From the NCBI GenBank assembly GCA_951406725.2, contig OX597816.1, positions 14,508,001 through 14,572,000 of the forward strand: a DNA stretch of 64,000 nucleotides. The letters run 5' to 3'. The translations under genes and the position numbers were made by a program. How positions within the stretch are numbered: position 1 is the stretch's first letter; each line of letters opens with the position of its first letter. Below are positions 41,543 to 57,037 of the stretch, piece by piece. Source of the stretch: Octopus vulgaris. Its lineage: Eukaryota. The notes beneath the pieces are model-generated. The model made no database searches. It had not been told where the DNA came from and saw nothing but the letters and a program-made list of their open reading frames with translations.

Positions 41543-41712
41543 GCTAGCTATCTACCTTTATCTCTCTCTCTCTGTCTCTGTCTGTCTCTTTCTCTCTCTC
41601 TCATCTGCTCTTATAGGTAACTTACCATAAACTGTGAACTTTACATATATCTTTCATCATCATTACCTTTTTGAAACGTACCTTACACACACACAAACAC
41701 ACACACACATAG

Positions 41713-41749
<37 letters not shown>

Positions 41750-41855
41750 CATGCATATATATGAACATGTGCAGGAAGGTATAGCTTCATGAATGTACGT
41801 ATGAATCAGTATGGAAGCCTATATGTAAGAGTCTATTTATCTGTCTATCTATCTG

Positions 41856-41932
<77 letters not shown>

Positions 41933-41956
41933 ATATATATATATATATATATGTCT

Positions 41957-42098
<142 letters not shown>

Positions 42099-42282
42099 TG
42101 TCCATCTAGCTATCTACCTATCTACCTAGCTAGCTAGCTATCTACCTATCTATCTGTATGTATGTATATACGTATATATATATGTGTGTGTGTGCACGTG
42201 TTTGTTTGTGTTATTACACACACACACAAATACATACACATGTGTGTGTATATATGTGTGTATGTTTGTGTGTGTGTGCGTA

Positions 42283-42320
<38 letters not shown>

Positions 42321-42457
42321 AAAACAAGATTCAGTAGGGTACTGAATTTTGTTTGTATTTTACCTATAAAGGTACAAACTTGCTTGCCACTTTATTGTTA
42401 CCATCGTTATTATTATTAATAATGGTAATGATACCTATTTCATTTTATACACACACT

Positions 42458-43410
<953 letters not shown>

Positions 43411-43583
43411 TATATATATATATATATATCGCATCCTATATATATATATATATATATATAATATGTATGTATGTGTATATAAGTATATATATTTATAACG
43501 GGAAGCTATATGAAAATAAACAAAAGACGAAGGCAGGTGGAATACAAACAAACAATTGTATTAGTATGGCGCTCAGGAATATA

Positions 43584-43666
<83 letters not shown>

Positions 43667-43715
43667 TGTATATATATATATATATATATAACATGCATGT
43701 ATATATATGTGTGTG

Positions 43716-43757
<42 letters not shown>

Positions 43758-43944
43758 ATATATATATATATATATATGTTTGTATTTTGAGTTTGAATGC
43801 TTGTAAATGGTGCAGTATATATTTTACAACTACAATATATTCTTAGACATGCAGGTAATGCACACCCATAGACACGCATATCTAGTAAAATGGTAAAAGT
43901 ACTGTAAACATCTTTGCTTGTTAACACCTCACCACGCACGAACA

Positions 43945-43996
<52 letters not shown>

Positions 43997-44520
43997 CGCA
44001 CACACACACTCAGAGTGGTCTCGATTCTACTGCTGAGAAAAATATATCAGCTCTGTAATAACCAAGCAATAACTAGACAAAATATCCCACCATTAATGCA
44101 CAAAATCTGAAGATAACAAACGAGATGACTCCAATATGGCTACGCGATCGAAATTGTTGGACAATATACTGACAATATAGATTGGTGTTTATCTGATCTG
44201 TCACATTTGTAGTTATCTGCCTTCTTGCTATTTTTAGATTTTAAGTCAACCAAGAGTGAGTTTTGTAGACCATTTGTTTGTAGAATATCAGTTGAGAGAA
44301 CGTTTTCGACAAAGTAGACAATACGCTTTGCCGTGAATGTGATCTTTATGGCCAATTGTTGAAAACGTTGAGTACATTTCGGATTTATTTGACCTTCTAA
44401 AGTAGATTTAATCTACACAGGTGGCAAAAAGGTGTCCCAGTATGATCGCAGTATCGTATCTGAAACCAATACAAGAATAAAATAGTAAATGATCAAGACT
44501 CTAACGTTTATATGCACTTA

Positions 44521-44586
<66 letters not shown>

Positions 44587-44762
44587 CACACATGCATACA
44601 TACACGCAGCCACATATTGATTTGCATGTATGTATATATTTATATATATATGATTAAATAAGGGTAGAAATTGATATTAATCAATTAAAACCAGTAGCTT
44701 AGCATATTTTTAAAAAATTCGAAGATTAAAAATTGTTTCACATACAAAATTTAGAGAACTTA

Positions 44763-44816
<54 letters not shown>

Positions 44817-46281
44817 GTATTATGTATGTATGTATATAGATATGTATGCCTATATATAAACAGAGACACAGGCAGACAGACAACAGACAGACAGAGATAG
44901 AGCGACAGAGAGACAAACAGAGGGGAGGAGGGAGGGAGGTGTGTGTGTATTCAACCATGATGAAATGACTATGGGTTTCACGTTAGGGAACCAGTATTTT
45001 ATAATATGTAATACATAAACTTCGCTTATATTCATACCTGACAACTTGTTAAATAATTCATTGAACACTCTCACTCGCCACACCCCGGGGCAAAACCTTT
45101 TCCATTTTGCCTGCTGGGGCCATGAGAAATATATCTTGATAAACACACATGTAAACAAGAAGAAATGTGTAACTTTAGAATAAATTACATATGCCTTACA
45201 AAGCATTTATGTAGAAAACTTTACTGGAACAGTTATAAAACAGGGAATAAATGTGATACGAATACCTCCGATATTTTACTCATTATTTTAAACTTAGCAA
45301 CTGACGAAGACTTCCTGCATTCTTCAATCTACGCGAAACGTGTTTCTATTGAAGCATTGTTTCATTGTATATGTTCTGTTGGCCGATACCCGTGGCAGTT
45401 TCGATTGAGGCACATCGATTTCTGGAATTCATTTCATTTGCTTATATGCATACACACACACACGCACACACAGACACACAGTCACACACACGAACGCACT
45501 CTCTCACACACAAATGCATCACCTATGCACATACATACACACATACATAAATACACACATGCATACACACACATACATACCCATATACATACACACATAA
45601 CACATACTTACACACATACACATACATACACACATAAATGCATGCATACACACATAGACATATTTACGTACATACATACATACATACATACATACATACA
45701 TACATAAATACACTGATACTTACATACACATACTTACACACACATACATACATACATACATACATATATACATACATACATACAAACACGTACATACATA
45801 CATGCTTCAATACATACATACATGCATACACACATGCATACATACATACAAACATACATACACACATACATACATACACACATATATGCATACACATACA
45901 CACATACATACATACATGCTTAAATACATACATACAGCCTTACATGCATACATAAGTAAGTATGTGTCCATGTGAGTGTGTGTTTATACATAGTCGTGCA
46001 CTGCTAGACCAAAAGTTATAAGAGCTTCAATACGTAACAAAATTCCGTATATCCAGCCTGCATATCTCGAGACAAACTGAATGTAACGGCATAATAAATA
46101 TGGTCGCTACTAAAGAACATTGAGGAACTAACTGATTGATCGATTGATTCATTGCTTGCTTGATTGATTGATCCATTCATTCATTCATTGACCGATTAAA
46201 TGATTAGTCAAGCAATCGATTAATTTATTGGTTTTGTTTCTATTAGTTATTTAGTAGACAAATAATAATAATAACATTCAC

Positions 46282-46449
<168 letters not shown>

Positions 46450-46796
46450 AATGGTGATGGGGAGCATCATAGCCATGTGTTGAGAGGGATTCTTTGGGAT
46501 TTGGATAATTCACCTCTGGAAACATGGGTGTTTCGTTCAACATCCTTAAACAATCCTTACTCAGGGACCTTTTAAGCGGGATGGGCTACTCGACCAGAAG
46601 AAAATTCTAACAGGGCCCCACCTGCAAGGTCATGTGCTGTTTATCCTGATATGAGATCACTATGTCGCGCACATATGGTTGTGATGCATGTGCCTAGTGT
46701 GCCCTTATCGGACGGGTAGTCATGATGCGTATACTAGGCTTCGTATATTCTACCCCAGTGTCACTTTGATGGCATGCTCTGCTCTCTCACTCAATG

Positions 46797-46861
<65 letters not shown>

Positions 46862-46964
46862 CAGTAAAGTAAAAGATAGCTGAAAAGAATGGATAGCATG
46901 GTAACGTAGGCTGCAGGTAGCAAGCCTGCTATGCATGTAAGGCCCCATGAGTTTCAGCAACACC

Positions 46965-46996
<32 letters not shown>

Positions 46997-47007
46997 CAAT
47001 AATAATG

Positions 47008-47069
<62 letters not shown>

Positions 47070-47197
47070 CCCCCAAATATATGGCACAGAACTTCCAACC
47101 TGTTGTCTCTTGAGGTCTCTGGGTGAGACTTGGAGCCAACTTGTACAGACATAAAGCAAAAGTCAAACATAGAATAATAATAATAATAATAATAATA

Positions 47198-47705
47198 AAG
47201 ACATTATATTGACAGACTTCAATCAAAAATCATGCCTCCCCATTGATATCACTGTCCCAATTGACATAAATGTATCTGTCAAGACTTACCAAAAACTGAG
47301 CAAATATAAAGATCTGGAAATAGAAATTAGCAAAATGTGGAACCTGAAGACTGAAATAATACCTGTTGTCATAGGTGCCCTGGGAATGATAGCAAAAGTG
47401 ATTGATTCTTACTTATGTCAGATAGCAGGAAACCCCAAAATGGCAGAAATTCAAAAGATAGTGATCATGGGATCTGCTCATATCCTACATAAAATACTGC
47501 CTACGTAATCTCAAATTTTAAAACAAATTTATAGATGTTATTATGCTTTCTTAAGCATTCTCTAGAACAATACTTTGAGCAAAGCCAAATATATGACACC
47601 CTAGACATAACACCAGCTTGAAATTCTAACTTGTTGTCTCTTGAGGTCTCTGGGTGAGACTTGGAGTCAACTTGTACAATTATAAAGTAAAAGTCAAACA
47701 TATGA
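47198..47705 (+). mobile_element. R4/Dong-like RLE 3' fragment
   Basis: CLPIDITVPID.NVSVK..QKLSKYKDLEIEISKMWNLK..IPVVIGALG followed by 3' UTR; lies in (AAT)n. Confidence 0.85.
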
Positions 47706-47736
47706 TAACAACAACAACAACAACAATAATAATAAT

Positions 47737-48172
47737 AGCCCTGATGAAGTACCAGGCAGTGGCTCTCATGGCTTCTGATCTTAACTGATTGGAAGTGTTA
47801 TCATGTACATTGTTTTGTCTTAGTATAAAAGATGGGCTACAGCAAATATTCTGCTCAATATCACAGATTTGCTTGTCATTTGTTTGACCTTAACCAGTTG
47901 AGCATGTCCCTTCGTGGCTGGCGATATGTGCATCTCTGATCACGAGCAGAAGTAGTGGGGGAGCATCATAGCCATGTGTTGAGAAGGATTCTTTGGGGTT
48001 TGAATAATTCACCTCTGGAAACATCTTGATATGAGATCACCATGCCGCACACATGTGGTTGTGATGCGTGAGCTTGGTATACCCTTATCAGACGGGTAGT
48101 CATGATGGGTATATTGGGCTTCGTATATTTTACTCCAGTGTCACTTTGATGGCATGCACTGCTCTCTCACTC

Positions 48173-48173
<1 letters not shown>
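47737..48173 (+). mobile_element. Non-coding (AAT)n-associated interspersed element (other copies 46459-46793, 48223-48702, 49659-50094, 50150-50630)
   Basis: Every copy ends gtcactttgatggcatg..gctctctcactc followed by (AAT)n, with variable 5' truncation. Confidence 0.75.
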
Positions 48174-48222
<49 letters not shown>

Positions 48223-48705
48223 GTTTTGTCTTGGTATAAAAGATGGGCTACAGCAAATATTCTGCTCAATACCACAGATTTGCTTGTCAGTTGTTTGACC
48301 ATAACCAGTTGAGCATGTCCCTTAGTAGCTGACGATATGTGCAAAGTAATGGGGGAGCAAAGTAATGGGGGAGCATCATAGCCATGTGTTGAGAGGGATT
48401 CTTTGGGATTTGGATAATTCACCTCTGGAAACATGGGTGTTTCGTTCAACATCCTTAAACAATCCTTACTCAGGGACCTTTTAAGCGGGATGGGCTACTC
48501 GACCAGAAGAAAATTCTAACAGGGCCCCACCTGCAAGGTCATGTGCTGTTTATCCTGATATGAGATCACTATGTCGCGCACATATGGTTGTGATGCATGT
48601 GCCTAGTGTACCCTTATCGGACGGGTAGTCATGATGCGTATACTAGGCTTCGTATATTCTACCCCAGTGTCACTTTGATGGCATGCTCTGCTCTCTCACT
48701 CAATG

Positions 48706-48791
<86 letters not shown>

Positions 48792-48897
48792 CAGTAAAGT
48801 AAAAGATAGCTGAAAAGAATGGATAGCATGGTAACGTAGGCTGCAGGTAGCAAGCCTGCTATGCATGTAAGGCCCCATGAGTTTCAGCAACACCACC

Positions 48898-48932
<35 letters not shown>

Positions 48933-48937
48933 TAATG

Positions 48938-48996
<59 letters not shown>

Positions 48997-49119
48997 CCCC
49001 CAAATATATGGCACAGAACTTCCAACCTGTTGTCTCTTGAGGTCTCTGGGTGAGACTTGGAGCCAACTTGTACAGACATAAAGCAAAAGTCAAACATAGA
49101 ATAATAATAATAATAATAA

Positions 49120-49625
49120 AGACATTATATTGACAGACTTCAATCAAAAATCATGCCTCCCCATTGATATCACTGTCCCAATTGACATAAATGTATCTGT
49201 CAAGACTTACCAAAAACTGAGCAAATATAAAGATCTGGAAATAGAAATTAGCAAAATGTGGAACCTGAAGACTGAAATAATACCTGTTGTCATAGGTGCC
49301 CTGGGAATGATAGCAAAAGTGATTGATTCTTACTTATGTCAGATAGCAGGAAACCCCAAAATGGCAGAAATTCAAAAGATAGTGATCATGGGATCTGCTC
49401 ATATCCTACATAAAATACTGCCTACGTAATCTCAAATTTTAAAACAAATTTATAGATGTTATTATGCTTTCTTAAGCATTCTCTAGAACAATACTTTGAG
49501 CAAAGCCAAATATATGACACCCTAGACATAACACCAGCTTGAAATTCTAACTTGTTGTCTCTTGAGGTCTCTGGGTGAGACTTGGAGTCAACTTGTACAA
49601 TTATAAAGTAAAAGTCAAACATATG
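49120..49625 (+). mobile_element. R4/Dong-like RLE 3' fragment (duplicate of 47198-47705)
   Basis: Identical 99-aa ORF at 49130-49429. Confidence 0.85.
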
Positions 49626-50093
49626 ATAACAACAACAACAACAACAATAATAATAATAGCCCTGATGAAGTACCAGGCAGTGACTCTCATGGCTTCTGAT
49701 CTTAACTGATTGGAAGTGTTATCATGTACATTGTTTTGTCTTAGTATAAAAGATGGGCTACAGCAAATATTCTGCTCAATATCACAGATTTGCTTGTCAT
49801 TTGTTTGACCTTAACCAGTTGAGCATGTCCCTTCGTGGCTGGCGATATGTGCATCTCTGATCACGAGCAGAAGTAGTGGGGGAGCATCATAGCCATGTGT
49901 TGAGAAGGATTCTTTGGGGTTTGAATAATTCACCTCTGGAAACATCTTGATATGAGATCACCATGCCGCACACATGTGGTTGTGATGCGTGAGCTTGGTA
50001 TACCCTTATCAGACGGGTAGTCATGATGGGTATATTGGGCTTCGTATATTTTACTCCAGTGTCACTTTGATGGCATGCACTGCTCTCTCACTC

Positions 50094-50149
<56 letters not shown>

Positions 50150-50672
50150 GTTTTGTCTTGGTATAAAAGATGGGCTACAGCAAATATTCTGCTCAATACC
50201 ACAGATTTGCTTGTCAGTTGTTTGACCATAACCAGTTGAGCATGTCCCTTAGTAGCTGACGATATGTGCAAAGTAATGGGGGAGCAAAGTAATGGGGGAG
50301 CATCATAGCCATGTGTTGAGAAGGATTCTTTGGGGTTTGAATAATTCACCTCTGGAAACATAGGTGTTTCGTTCAACGTCCTTAAACAACCCTTATTCAG
50401 GGACCTTTTGAGCGGGATGGGTTACTCAACCTGAAGAAAATTCTAACTGGGCCCCCACCTGCAAGGTCATGTGCTGTTTATCTTGATATGAGATCACCAT
50501 GTCGCGCACATATGGTTGTGATGCATGTGCCTGGTGTACCTTTATCAGACGGGTAGTCATGATGGGTATATTGGGCTTCGTATATTTTACCCCAGTGTCA
50601 CTTTGATGGCATGAACTGCTCTCTCACTCAATAATAATAATAATAATAATGATAATAATGATAATAATAATG

Positions 50673-50756
<84 letters not shown>

Positions 50757-50759
50757 GTC

Positions 50760-50965
50760 CTTTCTATTATGAGCACAAGGGCATGAAATTTTGGGGTCGG
50801 GGTAAGTCGATTGCATGAATCCCAGTGCTCAACCTGTACTCATTTTATCGACCCCAGAAAAATGAAAGTCGACCTCGGCGGAATTTGAAATCAGATTGTA
50901 AAGACGCACGAAATACCACAAAGCATTTTCTCCGGCATATTAACAATTTTGTTAGCTTACCACTT
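50760..50965 (-). mobile_element. SINE family A, degenerate
   Basis: gtcgacctcggcggaatttgaa motif. Confidence 0.7.
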
Positions 50966-50967
50966 TA

Positions 50968-51034
<67 letters not shown>

Positions 51035-52686
51035 CAACAACAACAACAAAGTACAATAACATCAGTGATAATTATAAGTGTTTCAAATTTTGGCACAAGG
51101 CCAGCAATTTTGGGCGAAATAGCTGCCATCTATCTTTATTACATTTCTTGTACCTATATCAAAATATTTTGCTTTCTTTGCTTGTTTTTTGCTAACCACC
51201 ATGCAAGTTTCACAGGATTGTAAAGGAAGATCTTGTTTGGACCTTCCTCAATTTATGGTTTTTGTTTATTTTTATCGATATCTACACAATTATATTTCAT
51301 ACACGAAATCTCTCCCAGTTTCCCGTCTTGAGGAAACATGCAAAAGTAGATATATTTTATGACTATTTTTGTAAGCAGAAAGTAGGTTATCTTGACTTGT
51401 TTCATAGCCGGTTAGTTACTCTTCCGAGGACAAGTACCAGTAGCACTCATTCGTCTATCTACAGCCATCGTTATTTAAATCAAGCACAAACACGAAACTT
51501 GCTGAAATGCCAAACTAATTTGTATGTTGTGCTTTATTCGAAAGTCTAGGAAATTATTTTATGCACAAACAGCGTATATTAGAACAACTAAGATAAATTT
51601 AATAGAGGTAGTTTTGTTTCAATCAATAACAACAATGCTATGTAGAACAAAAACGAAGCTGTGGACATATTTTGTTATTCGTTCCACACACTGAATTATA
51701 AATGAAACTATCCATAGTTTCAGGGCCAGTTGGCCGCTTTTCAGAGGATATGCACTCCTCAACTTTCTGCCAGCGAAAGTGTTTGTAAGTAATCGCTATT
51801 TAAATCAAACACAAACCCACACCCTCTGAAATGGCTGGGAAAATATTAATGATAAGCTTCGTACCCATAGCATCATACAATAAATAAACAATGGATTATG
51901 TTTGGATTATACAGTAGCTATCATTTAGATTCTGTTTTGGTTGCTCCACATTACTGAATAGATAATGCAATTTCGTTGCAGCATAGATTTATACAATGCG
52001 TAGCATTAATGTTTGTATTAATGTACTTCTCTTGTCATTTTACAGATATTTTTTGTACATGCACATTAGATTACATACTATATCCTCTTCATTATATATT
52101 CTTCCCAATATATATGAAACGTGAATATGTATGTATGTACATATACATATATATATGTATATGTGTATGTATAAAAGTGCATATATATATTTGCATATGT
52201 GTATGTATATATGCATATATTTATACACATATATATATATATATATATATATATGCATATGTATATGTATATGAACGCTCGCGCGCACGCATATACATAT
52301 GCATGTGTGTATACGAACAATGAAGTAGGATTACATTGGACTATGAACAACCGAAGAATGTATGTGGATAAATAGACTTTATCTCCTCATTTATTCATTC
52401 ATCTCTCTTTATTCCCTTTCTCTCTCACGCATTATATAAATGTATGTGTGTGTATGTGAGGGAGGGAGAATACGTGTGTATATATGCGTGCTTATGTAAA
52501 TATGAATTTATACACACACCTTTTCGTGTAAAGCATCTGTGCAAGTATCTGAATAAAAATGAAGTGAATTCGTGTTCGAGCAATAATACAGAGAAATACA
52601 CTTTGAGCTAAAACGTAAAGACGCAGGAAAATAAGTTTATTTCATACATATTTCACTAAATAAAACGAAACCGTAATATATACATG

Positions 52687-52749
<63 letters not shown>

Positions 52750-52750
<1 letters not shown>

Positions 52751-53221
52751 GAGGCGCGTGGCTTAGTGGTTAGGGTGTCAGCACCATGATCGTAACATTG
52801 TGGCTTCCATTCCTGAACCGGGCGACGCGTTGTGTTCTAGAGCAAAACACTTCATTTTACGTTGCTCCAGTCAACTCAGCTGGCAAAAATGAGTAACGCT
52901 GCGATGGACTGGCGTCCTATCCAGCTGGGGAACACAGGCACCATAGAAACCGGGAAACTGGGCCCATGAGCCTGGCTAGGCTTAAAAGGGTGCTCTTATT
53001 ATTTGTATTATGTATATACATATATAAGCGTAGAAGTTGCTGTGCGGTAAGTAGTTTGCTTACGAACCACATGGTTCTGGGTTCAGTCACACTGCGTGGC
53101 AACTTGGACAAGTGTCTTCTACTATAGCCTCGGGACGACCAAAGCCTTCTGAGTGATTTGTTAGACGGAAACTGAAAGAAACCCGTCGTATATATGTATA
53201 CATATATGTATATATGTATGT

Positions 53222-53264
<43 letters not shown>

Positions 53265-53265
53265 C

Positions 53266-53296
<31 letters not shown>

Positions 53297-53503
53297 TGTG
53301 TCTGTGTTTGTCCCCCCAACATCGCTTGACAACCGATGCTGGTGTGTTTACGTCCCCGTAACATAGCGGTTCGGCAAAAGAGCCCGATAAAAGAAGTACT
53401 AGGCTTACAAAGAATAAGTCCTGGGGTCGATTTGCTCGACTAAAAGCGGTGCTGCAGCATGGCCACCGTCAAATGACTGAAACAAGTAAAAGAGTAAAAG
53501 AGT
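52750..53503 (+). mobile_element. Family B-type SINE (52750-53000) followed by a SINE family C copy (53025-53503)
   Basis: ggcgcgtggcttagtggttaggg head, then a full family C body. Confidence 0.82.
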
Positions 53504-53834
53504 ATATGTATGTGTGTGTATGTGTGTGTGTGTTTGTGTGTGTGTGTGACTTCTAATACACGCTCATCTTTTCCGCCACTCACAACAGTACAACAGATGT
53601 TGCAATGCAGTCGTCAGCACAACAATGGTACTTTTACAAATTATAGGATGTTTTTGAAACTGTAGTAATCCAGACATTAAGAGCGAAATGTAAGAAGCCG
53701 AAGTAAATCGTAACTGGAAATCTGTGGCTTTACTTCTTCTCGTAAACGAAAGTAAAAATAGAAAGTACAAAAAAAAAAGCTCACAGAAAGAGATTTAATA
53801 TAAATTATATATATAGTTATATATATATGTATAC

Positions 53835-53896
<62 letters not shown>

Positions 53897-53916
53897 ACAT
53901 ATACATATAAATATAC

Positions 53917-53972
<56 letters not shown>

Positions 53973-55601
53973 GTATATGTATATGTATATAAAGAATATA
54001 CATTATTCTCTCTCAACATATATACATATATACAGACAGACAGACACACACACACACATATATATATATGTATACATATATATATATATATGTGTGTGTG
54101 TGTGTATATATATATATACATACATATATTATATATACGTATACACACATACAAACACACACAAAGGCACCCTCTCACTTATGTGTGTGTGTCTGTCTGT
54201 CTGTCTGTCTGTATGTATATATGTATGTATGTATGTATGTATGTGTGTATGTATGTATGTATGTATGTATGTATGTTTGTATGTATGCATGTATATATGT
54301 ATGTATGTGTGTATTTATGTATGTATGTATGTATGTATGTATGTATATATTTATGTATGTATGTATGTATGTGTGTATTTATGTATGTATGTATGTATGT
54401 ATGTATGTATGTATGTATGTATGTATGTATGTATATATGCATGTATGTATGCATGTATGTATATACAGTGAGAGACAGAGTAATGTATATTCTTTATATG
54501 TAAACCATTACCTGTATATTTCAGCTATTTTGCCACTCTTTTCCCTCATTAACTTTGGATTTCTTGACATTTACATTCTTCCAATGTACTTTTACTAAGT
54601 ACCTCACAAATCTACCGGGGGTCACTTCGCATCTTTGCCGCGTTAGTCACATGGTTCTCTGTACGTGAATTTATTGGCTTATTACACAACACTATGTTTT
54701 GTTTTCTTACAACACCATTGTTTCCTACTCCATTCAGTTTACATTCAATTGTTTGTAACCTTTACAAAGGAAAGACTCAATCTTTTTCTGTTCACTGTTA
54801 TAATTGTTCTTCTGGAGCCACAGATCAATAATAATCGAAAAAGATTATGATCTATGTCATTCCAATCAGGACCACTTCGTGTTTTCTCACGCCACAGCCT
54901 ATCCAGGGTCACATTTTCTAATGTGTTTGATTTTTCTACAACGGGAATGGTGGGAAATTTGATTTGTGGAAAATTTAGACGCTTCTTTGAGTTAAACGTT
55001 ATTGAGCTTGGATCTTGATTAACGATTATTGATTATCGATTTTACACATGAGTATTGAAATTCAATATACTTTCCCATTCTTAGTTGCTGTGTTATTATT
55101 TATACTAGATAACTGATGTACCATATGTGTGTGTGTGTGTGTGTGTGTTTGTGTGTATGTATATATATATATATATGTATTTCCTGTGTCTATATATACA
55201 TATATATATACGTATGTGTGTATGTATGTATGTATGTGTGTATGTATGTATGTCTGTATGTATGTGTGTATGCATGCATGTATGTATGTATGTATGTATG
55301 TATGTATGTATGTATGTATGTATGTATGTATACGTGCGTCTAGTTTATTGATTTTTAGAATTAGGTTTTTATAATATATGTTTTCTATATGGTGTGAATA
55401 ACATCTTTCATTATTGAATTGTTTAATAGAGGTTTTTCTCTAAATTATATATATATATATGTACATATATGTATATATATGTACATATATAAGGGTAAAG
55501 ACCCCCTTCGGTCATGAATGACCATGGGATTGCACCTAGAAAGTTACCTTCCTAGACACAAGTCCGGGCAAGGTTGTTTATGGAAGGCCAGCAGTCGCCC
55601 A

Positions 55602-55668
<67 letters not shown>

Positions 55669-55790
55669 GTACATATATATATATACATATTTATATATTA
55701 TTTATATTTTCATTTAATTGAACACCACGCATCCATTTCCAATTAAGTACACACACACACACACACAAACACACACATATATATATATAA

Positions 55791-56132
55791 CAAGGGAAGC
55801 AAGTTTCCTCCATCTGGAGCATAGCCAGATCACCATGATTTTGCATTTGATAAATGCTCGTCCATGGCTCTTACCCGGCCTAGAGTTAAGTTCATTCGCC
55901 TTGTCAGTTTATAAGACTCCCCGTCGGAATCGCACGCTGATTTTATAGATGGTAAAAGGGAAAATTATCAGTAGTAAAAGTGGCTTATAGTTTTCACTTT
56001 TACCATTTATGAAAACAGACAAGGTGAGCGAGCTTAACCCTAGGTCGGGTAAGACCACTGACGAGCATTAATCAAATGCGAAATCACTGGTGATCTTGCT
56101 ATGCCCCGGATGTTTGGAGCTTGCCTCCTTTG
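55791..56132. ncRNA. Imperfect ~340-nt hairpin/rod with a hammerhead motif on each strand (56053-56100 +, 55823-55869 -)
   Basis: Arms 55791-55912 and about 56012-56132 pair, plus an inner stem at 55949-56008. Plus-strand HHR: CUGACGA-GCAUU(AAUCA)AAUGC-GAA-AUCAC(UG)GUGAU-C. Confidence 0.7.
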
Positions 56133-56266
56133 TCAATGATAATGATAAGTGCTTTCTGTGGCTATGAGTTGTGTTGACTCTCATTTCTAGCAATACTGGT
56201 GCCGATTAGTGTCCTTAGTCACTTTAGGGAGACCTATATTTTTGCCTATATATATATATATATACA

Positions 56267-56478
56267 CTTTACTCTTTTACTTGTTCCAGTCATTTGACTG
56301 TGGCCATGCTGGAGCACCGCCTCTAGTCGAGCAAATCGACTCCAGGACTTATTCTTTGTATGCCTAGTACTTATTCTATCGGTCTCTTTTACCGAACCGC
56401 AAATTTACGGGGACGCAAACACACCAGCATCGGTTATCAAGCGATGTTGGGGGGACAAGTACAGACACACAAACATAT

Positions 56479-56517
<39 letters not shown>

Positions 56518-56672
56518 CGACAGGCGTCTTTCAGTTTCCGTCTACCAAGTCCACTCAGAAGGCATTGTTCGGCTCGAGGCTATAGTAGAAGACACTTGCC
56601 CAAGGTACCACGCAGTGGGACTGAACCCAGAACCATGTGGTTCGTAAGCAAGCTACTTACTACACAGCCACT

Positions 56673-56675
<3 letters not shown>
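56267..56675 (-). mobile_element. SINE family C
   Basis: Full reverse-complement copy. Confidence 0.85.
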
Positions 56676-56722
<47 letters not shown>

Positions 56723-56834
56723 TAATCCAAACAAGAAAACACAGAGAAAAAGGGAAAAAAAAGAAAAAAACACCGCAACGCAGGACGTGGAACAATTAAA
56801 GTATTATTGACGCTCAGGAAAGAAGGGAAGGAGG

Positions 56835-56869
56835 GTTTAACGTTTCGAGCGGAGCTCTTCGTCGGAAAC
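56835..56869 (-). ncRNA. Minimal hammerhead motif (U4C variant) in the repeat at about 56720-56910
   Basis: Minus strand reads GUUU-CCGACGA-A-GAGC(UCC)GCUC-GAA-ACGU-U-AAAC; same family as 2146-2180. Confidence 0.62.
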
Positions 56870-57037
56870 AAGGAGAAGGAAAGATCCCAAGGAGGGAAGA
56901 CAGAGGGGACAATATTTGAGCTGGTGGTGCTTAAGAGATCATATATATATATGTATAAGGGTGAAAAGGAACACACGAGTTGACATATATGAAAAAACAA
57001 GTCAAAATAGAAAATGCTAAAATAATTTTATAAAGAA

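Larger units (their letters stand above)
46459..50285. repeat. Tandem segmental duplication, unit ~1.92 kb, two copies
   Basis: Identical ORFs recur at an offset of 1921 (47209/49130, 47501/49422, 48068/49989). The copies differ mainly in (AAT)n length plus a few SNPs. Confidence 0.92.
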
